Shown: positions 53,059-64,000 of the stretch, piece by piece
How positions within the stretch are numbered: position 1 is the first letter of the stretch
Layout: each line of letters starts with the position of its first letter
NCBI GenBank assembly: GCA_016748015.1
Contig: JAAOMT010000375.1
Location: 115,493-179,492 of the forward strand
Direction: 5' to 3'
DNA: 64,000 nucleotides
Source of the DNA: Geosiphon pyriformis uo1
Taxonomy: Eukaryota > Fungi > Glomeromycota
Notes under the pieces: generated by a model
What the model saw: only the letters and a program-made list of their open reading frames with translations
The model's database searches: none
Told to the model about the DNA's origin: nothing
Made by a program: the position numbers and the translations under genes

Positions 53059-55593
53059 GCCCAAACTACTGTTAGACATTTTTGTTTAGTAATTGAATAG
53101 TTTTTTTCTATTATTTTCATCTTTTTGTGAAAAAACAGCACCAAGTTCATAGCTGGATGTATCAATGTGGAGGATAAAAAGTTGGTCCAGATCAGGTTGC
53201 TTGAGAATTGGTTTAATAACAAGTTTTTCCTTTAGAATTTCAAAAGCTTTTTGTTAATAAGTGTTCCAGTAATAATTAACATTTTTTCTGAGTAGCTGAT
53301 TGAGAGGAAAAGCAATTTTGAAAAAATCCTTAATAGATTTGTGGTAGTAAAATGACCAAGAAACTGGGTAGATTGGCATTCAAAGAAAGATTTGATTGGG
53401 TTAATCTTGAGACCAGCATTTCTGAGCAGGTCAAAAACCTTCTGTAAATGTTCAAGGTGTTCATTCCAGGTTTTTGAATATACCATTATGTCATCCAAAT
53501 AAACTAGAACAAAGTTTTTTTTTACTGATTCAAACACTTTATCCATTAGACATTGAAAGATAGGAAGAGCATTGGTAAGACCAAAAAGCATTATTGTGAA
53601 TTCATAGGTGCCATACTTGGTGATGAAGGCAGTTTTTTTTCTGCTTTCTGGATCTATCTCTACTTGCCAGAATCCAGCAGTTAAGTCAATAGTTAAGAAG
53701 AAAGCAGCACCAATAAATTTATCTAGCATTGCATCAATTTTGAAAAGTGAGTACATGTCTCTTATAGTAATGGCATTTAGTTGGTAGTAGTCAACACAGA
53801 AGCATAGGGTTCCATCTTTCTTGGATACCACTACAAGTGGAAAAGCCCATTCACTCTTGGTTTCTTGTATGAATCTAAGATTTTTCATCCTGTTTATTTT
53901 TTTCTTGATAAACTTATCATTGTGTCAATTGGATTGATAAGGCTTCAAATGAATGGGATGAGTTTCTTTTGTGGTGATAATGTGTTGTATTACATGAATT
54001 TATTTGGGGGTGTCACTTTCTTTTGAAATAACTGGGGCATTTTTAGCCAACAGATTTTCAATGTCCACTTTTTTTTCTTCAGAGAAAGGTTCTCTTTGTT
54101 CTACAACTAGAGATTAAATTTCAGGTGGTTCACTCTTAAAGAACTTCTGTACTTTTTTTAGTTCTTCTCTGAGTATAAAACTAATTGGCTCCCAATCTTT
54201 GTAATAGATTAGGCAGGACTTGCATTTATCACTAAGAGAATACAAAGGTTTATTACACCAACATTTGGCATAAAGATCATGTTACCAATAACTGTATTTG
54301 GCTTTCTTGCCAGGCTTTCTGTTAAAAGTTTTTCTAAGAATATCATAGTAAGACCAGTAGATTAGCTTGCTATTTACCATGATTTCTTCTTTGTCAGCTT
54401 TAACATTGTTCAGTAACTTGCCATTGCTGGTGAAAATAGTATAGACAAGTTCAGCAGTTTCTTCTTGTTTTTTTTGATCTTCTTCATCATCGCTTTTATC
54501 ATTATCTGATTCATTTGATTGTTCTTCCAATGACGGCATTTAACCACAATGGGTTTTTTACCACATCTGATAGTTAGTTCGCAAAGTTCATAGTCAAGTA
54601 GTGCTTTGGCTTTTTTAAGCCACTTGTTACCAAAAATAATAGTATACTTTTTTGCTTCAGATACTTCTATGTCTGTTTCAATGCTGATACCATTGATGCA
54701 AACAGGAACAGCTTTGGCTATATTCAGATCTTTCTTTTTGTCACCATGTACATTAGTTATTGGTCTTGTGGACAGTTCATGAATCTTTCTGCCAATTGCT
54801 TCTAAAAAATGTTTGGCAATGACACTAACAGATGATCTACTGTCTAGGATCAAATCAATAAAGTAGCCAGCCACTTGGGCTTTGCAAATCAGAGGAGTAA
54901 CATTACTGTTGTCAGCAAGTCCAGCTTGATGAAAGCACTTGTTGGTTTTTGGTGTCTTTTTTTTTGGTATTAATAATTTGTGAAGGTCTTTTCTGAATTG
55001 GGAATGGGTTATTAACTGGCCAAAGGTAATGTGAGCAGGAGTTTCCATAAAATCTTTGACAACAGAATATGGTCCAGATTTTTGTACAATTTCTGGAGGT
55101 TCCAACTTTGGAGAATTTTTAAAAACTTTAGCTTTTGGTAGCTCATTGTTATCAACAGTTGATATGAAGGCTTTTTTTGGATCTATAACGAAATCAACCT
55201 TGGCTTTTTTCTTTTTTCTTGTTGGTTTAGAAGTGTTAATTGCTAGTTCATCCATGTCATGGTCATCATCAGTTAGGTTAAAAGCATAAAAAGGGTTTTC
55301 TTTTGGTTGGCTTGCACTCTCACCCTTTGGAGGTGCGCCTACCAGTTTAAAGACTGATAAACAGTGGCTTTAACTAAGAGATTCTCTTCAAAAAAATTGA
55401 TGTTAGCATGATTGGAGCTTTATTTGGGGACATTGTTGTTGATAGTTCTGTTGTTTTGATTGTCATTGTTTCTAGGAGCTGGAGGAGGCAGGGAAGGATT
55501 GTTACAATCTCTGGAGAAATGTCCAGTTAATTCACAGTAGTAATATACAAGTAGGCCATAATTTTGTTGTCTTTGATATGAAGATTGCTGGGG

Positions 55594-58200
<2,607 letters not shown>

Positions 58201-58342
58201 TTTCCAATCTATCTTTTGGTCTAAGAGTCCCAATGTCTTTTAGACTTTATTATTGCTTATCTATTTTAAAGCTGCTTGAAGCCTGGTCTGTTAGCTCAGT
58301 GGCTTTGAAGGCAAACTGATATTAAACACAGATAGTCAAACA

Positions 58343-58696
58343 TTTTTTTTTTTTTTTGTTAATGTGTAATCATGCCGATCTTTTATTAGTTTAGTCATAC
58401 TCAAAAAGCATGATCTTTTCATAAAGCCAGCTCACCCAATAATACAAAATCACAAAATGCGGCTAACCACAAGTGGAAAGCCCTAACTACACATTAGTAC
58501 TATCTTTGCTACCTAATATATCAAACATATCTAATTCATACATCTTATCCATAATGCTAACAAGCTTATGACTATTCTTAACCATACCACTCATCCACTT
58601 AGCAGTCTAATCAGGACTGGATTTGATTCTGGAAGGCTGATCTTCCCATAGGTGCATCATGACATTAAAGGTGTTATTATAAACTGAAAAGTCTTT

Positions 58697-58733
<37 letters not shown>

Positions 58734-59239
58734 ATATTATCAATCATATCATCAACATTAGATTTATTCTCCAAGCAGACTCATTCACATATTTTCTCAA
58801 GACGTGTCATTCTTTTCTGCATCATGGAAGCAACAGCAGCCAAGTCTTTATTTTGCTTAGCCAACTCATCCACACATTTCTTAATCAACACATCCACAGC
58901 AGATGGAGTAGATAGCAGTTTGGTAACCAATGCAATCAGAGCACCAACAGGTTTAATTAAGGATTTAATCAACACAGATAGTTCATTAAAGTGGAATTCA
59001 AGAGAAGCCAACCTAGATTCAGCAACAGTATTGAGAACAGAAGGAATGGCAGACAACATAGGTGTTGTAGTTTTGGAAGAACCACCAAGATTCAAGTCCA
59101 TATCAGCAGCAACAGCACCAGGAAGACCCATAACAGTAGCAGCCTTGGCATAAGATTTAGATTTAACAAATGAAGGTTTGAAATTCTTGGAACCACCAAT
59201 AGAGTTGAAAGGAAGTTTGGGTGAGAGAGGAGGTAATAT
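58343..59239 (-). mobile_element. 3' part of a half-LINE copy, cut by gypsy copy G
   Basis: T15 tail, shared 3' UTR, coiled-coil ORF fragment 58781-59131. Confidence 0.9.
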
Positions 59240-62200
59240 TGTTATGGTTGAAACTTATACTTCTTATTAATTATCACATGTATTAGCCACTAGTATTACA
59301 TAAATTAGCCACTCTATTTTTAGAAAGTGATCATTGACCTGATCAATGACCTGACTGTTGACCTAATCATTGACCACTTTTGACAGCTATATAAGCAATG
59401 AATCTCTTAGCTGTAGAAAAGCATAAAGAAATCAAGAAAATCAAATAAATAAAATAACAACTTTCATCTCAATTCTTCTCTTATTACTAATTTCCCTTTC
59501 TCTACTTTCAAGTATCTGAATATCTTAAAGATAAAAGATTACTTGTTGGTTATTTCTTACCCTTTTCCTGAAATATGTAATTGCAACATTTGGAAATTAT
59601 TGAATAAAATGTGACTGAAGAGCACATCTAATACTTGATATTAAATTCTAAGAGCACTGACATGAGACATAAAATTATACCAAGTGTGATCATTTGTTGA
59701 CAGTATAAACTATCCCTCAACCTTCAAATTTCTCAGTTATCTTTTGAAAAGTACAGTGACTGAGATATTTTATAAGACTGATCTTGCACATTGAATTCCT
59801 ACTCATTCAATTTGCTCTTTGAAGTTGAATTCCTCTTTAATTATTTCCATCATCTTACAATTCTGTTCTCCCTTGCTATCCATTAGTTTGTTACTCCAAC
59901 TTGTAACATAAAAGTGGTGCTTCCTGTAAGATTGTCAAAATCCCCTTCGTTTCTTATTGTATGGGTGATTATTCATACCTGCCACAACAATCAGAAAAAC
60001 ACTTTAAAGCACATAACAAAAATGATCTAGACTTTATTGAACTCAATTCCTTGCCCTCCTGCTTAATTTGCTTCCCCATTGAAAAACAATCCAGTAGACA
60101 ATTCCAAGACTTTTGGAACTGGTTCCTGAATGAGCATTCAGCTGAAACCTACACAGCTTATACAACCTATTACTTTGACCAAGCCTATTTTGAAGACAAC
60201 TTTGAAGAAAGAAACAACAATATCAATTAGCTTTTATATTTTGCAATCTTTAAACAACAGTCCCCTGATTTTGAATATCTAAATCATCAAATTCACATTT
60301 GGATTGCTGCCCATCAATCAACAGAGACTCCTCTTGAAACAGAAGAAGAAAGCTATCAAACCACTCTTGTTTTTGATTTCTTTTCAAGTGAATCAGAACA
60401 CTCCACACAAACAGTTACATCTGAACCAATGGCTCAAGACCCTCTACAACAAAACATTCTAATCGCCCTCCAAGATATACAGACTGCTTTAGGGCAAAGA
60501 AACAACACCCCATTACTATTATTCAGAGGTGATGCCCAAGATCCAATTGAATAACTGGATGATTTTAAGAGAGCTGCCACAGCAAACCAATATGATAATG
60601 AATACAAGTTCCAAATCGTTGGTGGCTATCTTCAAGGCTCTTCTGCTACTTGGTTCTTACAAGAAACCAATGCCAATGCTCAACAAAGAATCATTAGATA
60701 GGCACCAGTAAATGCTGGAGAAGACAACACCTCTTTTACTATCCAGTTTGAAATGAAATTTAGAACTTCCATCTTTATCTCAAAATGGCATATGGAATTA
60801 GAAAGAAAAACTCAAGGCCCTGATGAGATTGTGATGGAATATGCCAAAGCAATAAGAAAACTTATTAAATGGGTAGACTCTGGAAGAAATTGGACAAAAG
60901 AGCAGAAAATACATTCTTTTACAAAAAAACTGAGAACTGATCTATCATATGCTTTTTGGCCTCTCCTGGCCTTGAAAGATAATCCCACAATGGATATGGC
61001 CATTGAACTTGCTCAGAAAATAGAAGACAATCAAAGAATGCATCTAGGATCTACACTTCCAATTTTTGTTCTTGCTCCTGTTATGACTCCTGCTCCCCAA
61101 ATGGCTGCTACCTCTTTTGCTGCCCAAACTCAAGACCCAAATAAACAGTTAATAGATAGACTTACAGCTAATTTTGCCTGGCTATTAAAACCATTAGTCC
61201 AAGCAGTCAAAGACAACCAGCAACTCCAAAGACCCAGATTTGAACCTCACTTCAATCAGTCCCAACAACCATCATATCAAAGACAACAAAATTCAGGCCC
61301 ATCTGTGTACTATCACTGTGGACTAACTGGACACTTTTCTAGAGACTGCAACAATCCTCCATTGCCTCCTCCAGCTCTCAGAAATAATGACACTCAGAAT
61401 AACAGACCCAACAATAATAATGTTCCCAATCAAAGACCCAATCATGCCAACATCAATTTCTTTGGAAAGAATCCCTTAGTTGAAGCCACTGTTTATCAGC
61501 CTTTAAACTAGTAGGTGCACCTCCAAAGGGTGAGAGTGCAAGCCAACCAAAAGAAAATCTCTTTTATGCTTTTAACCTAACTAATGATGATCATAATATG
61601 GATGAATTAGCAATCAACACCTCTGAATCAACCAGAAAGAAGAAAAAAGCCAAGGTTGATTTTGTCTTAGACCCAAACAAAGCATCCAAATCATCTGCTG
61701 ATAACAATGAGACACCAAAGGCTAAAGTTTTTAAAAATCCACCAAAGTTGGAACCCCCAAAAATTGTACAAAAATCTGGATCCTATTCTGTTGTTAAAAA
61801 TCTCATGGAAACCCCAGTACACATTACATTTGGCCAACTGATAACCCATTTACAGTTCAGAAAAGACTTTTACAAATCATTGATACCAAAGAAAAAGACA
61901 CCAAAGACCAACAAGCACCCACGTCAAGCTGGACTCACTAACAACAGTAATGTTACTCCTCTTATTTGTAAAGCCCAAGTGGCTGGTTATTTCATTAATC
62001 TGATCCTGAATAGTGAATCATCTGTTAGTATCATTGCCAAACACTTTTTAGAAGCAATTGGCAGAAAGATTGATGAACCATTCACAAGACCAATGTACAT
62101 AATGACAAGAAGAAAGGCCTGGGCATAGCCAAAGCTATTTCTGTCCACATCAATGGTATCAGTATTGAAACTGATATGGAAGTATCTAAAGCAAAAGAGT

Positions 62201-63603
62201 ACACCATAATTGTTGGCAATAAGTGGCTTAAGAATGCTAAAGCACTACTCAACTATGAACTTTGTGAGCTAACCATTAGATGTAGTGAAAAGCCCATTGT
62301 AGTTAAGTGCCATCATTGAACAACCCCTCCAGTACTCAAGCAAAACCAAGAAGAAGAACAATCAGATGAATCAGATGATAATGAGAGTGATAATAAAGAT
62401 CAAGAAGAACAAGAAGAAATTGCTGAACTTGCCTATACCATCTTCACCAGCAATGGCAAGCCACTGGACAATGTTAAAGCTGACAAAGAAGAAATTATGG
62501 TAAATGGCAAGCTGATCTGCTGGCCCTACTATGATATTCTCAGAAGAACCTTTAACAGAAAACCTAGCAAGAAAGCCAAATACAGTTATTGGTGGCATGG
62601 TCCTTGTGCATGATGTTGGTGTAATAAACCTTTGTATTCACCAAGTGATGAATGCAAATTCTGCCTGATCTATTACAAAGATTGGGAACCAATTAGCTTG
62701 ATACCTCAAGAAGAACTCAAAGAAGTACAAAAGTTCTTTAAAAATAAACCACCTAAAATCCAATTATTAGTTGTAGAACAAAGAAAACCTTTCCCTGAAG
62801 AAAGAAAAGTGGACATTGAAAATCTGTTGACTAGAAATAGCCCAGTCATCTCAAAAGAAAATGATACCCCTGGACAAACCCATGTGATACAACATATCAT
62901 CACCACCAAAAAAACTCGCCCCATCCATTTAAAGCCTTATCAATCCAATCAACACAATGATGAGTTTATCAAGAAAGAGATAAACTGGATGAAAGATCTT
63001 GGATTCATACAAAAAACCAAGAGTGAATAGACTTTTCCAGTTGTAGTGGTATCCAAGAAAGGTGGAACCCTACACTTCTGTGTTGACTACCACCAATTAA
63101 ATGTCATCACTGTAAGAGACATATATCTACTCCCCAAAATTGATGTAATGCTAGATAAATTCAATGGTGCTGCTTTCTTCTCAACTATTAACTTAACTGC
63201 TGGATTCTGGCAAGTAGAGATGGATTCAGAAAGCAGAAAGAAAACTGTCTTCATCACCAAGTATGGCACCTTTAAATTTACAGTCATGCTTTTTGGTCTT
63301 ACCAATGCCCCTCCCACCTTTCAATGCTTAATGGATAAAGTATTTGAATCAGTCAAGAAAAACTTTGTTCTAGTCTATTTGGACGACATAATGGTATACT
63401 CAAAAACCTGGGATGAACACCTGGAACATTTGCAAAAGGTTTTTGATCTCCTCAGAAATGCTGGCCTTAATATCAACCCAATCAAATCTTTCTTTGGAAG
63501 ACAATCCACCCAGTTCCTTGGTCATCTTATTACAAAAGATAGAATCTTTCCTGACCCAGCCAAAGTTGAAAAAGTCCAAAACATCAAACAACCAATAAAC
63601 ATT
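59240..63603 (+). mobile_element. Gypsy copy G: 5' LTR 59240-59908, PBS, gag from 59961, frameshift 61502, pol running into the gap
   Basis: Colinear with 35318-39755. Confidence 0.93.
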
Positions 63604-63623
63604 NNNNNNNNNNNNNNNNNNNN
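63604..63623. other. Assembly gap (20 N)
   Basis: Run of N; sequence composition changes abruptly across it. Confidence 0.99.
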
Positions 63624-63624
63624 C

Positions 63625-63999
63625 TGGGTAAGAGGAGGAACGCCGTTCGAAGCAGCGTTCAACAGAGCGTTAAAAAGACTACAGCACTACCCACACGACG
63701 AGGACGAGTTGTACAACACTGCACAAGCCAAAGTAAGAGGAGGAACCGCCGAAGAAATACGACGTTGGAAAGAGTCAGCCGAAGTAGCCGACGAAGTCGC
63801 CAGCTACAACATGTTCGACCCAGTGGACGAATTCCAGGACTACTACCAACAACTATGCCCCACTCGACAAGAGCAAGAACAATACCTCGCCCAAATCAAC
63901 ACTAACCTCTGCAAAAACTGTCTCATCCCGTGCCAAAGTCAGTGCTGTGAAGAGTGTCAAGACGAAAGGGACTTAGAAAGAAAAATGGAAATTGAGAAT
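63625..63999 (+). CDS. Partial open frame, Cys-rich (CKNCLIPCQSQCCEEC); probably an internal part of a different, young retroelement
   Basis: 125 stop-free codons WVRGGTPFEAAFNRALKRLQHYPHDEDE..., open at both ends and CpG-rich. Confidence 0.5.
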
Positions 64000-64000
64000 C

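Larger units (their letters stand above)
47750..55593 (-). mobile_element. Gypsy copy F, 5'-truncated: 3' LTR 47750-48390, ORF4, IN, pol, frameshift site, gag C-terminus. Interrupted by a half-LINE
   Basis: Reverse complement is colinear with 28045-33693. Confidence 0.92.

Overview
Eukaryotic, AT-rich fungal DNA. It is most consistent with an early-diverging fungus (Mucoromycota/Glomeromycotina-like); this is inferred from protein style and TE load. There is one host gene, a 4-exon SWR1 chromatin-remodelling ATPase (8005-14691, +). The rest is a nested retrotransposon stack heavily eroded by C>T/G>A mutation: two LINE families, at least eight copies or fragments of one Ty3/gypsy-like LTR family (two complete, with 4-bp TSDs), two solo LTRs of a second family, and a 20-N gap. 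Two unusual systems stand out. (1) The LTR family has a four-ORF plan: gag; a U_UUA_AAC plus predicted pseudoknot -1 frameshift into PR-RT-RH; a stop and ~65-nt non-coding spacer; a stand-alone, GIN1/Ginger-like integrase ORF; and an unknown ~229-aa ORF4 running into the 3' LTR. (2) A ~2.5-kb non-autonomous 'half-LINE' encodes only an ORF1p-like protein. It carries the last codons and structured 3' UTR of a partner LINE, plus poly(A) and a 15-bp TSD, and is present four times. All coordinates and alignments were read by eye; no searches were run.
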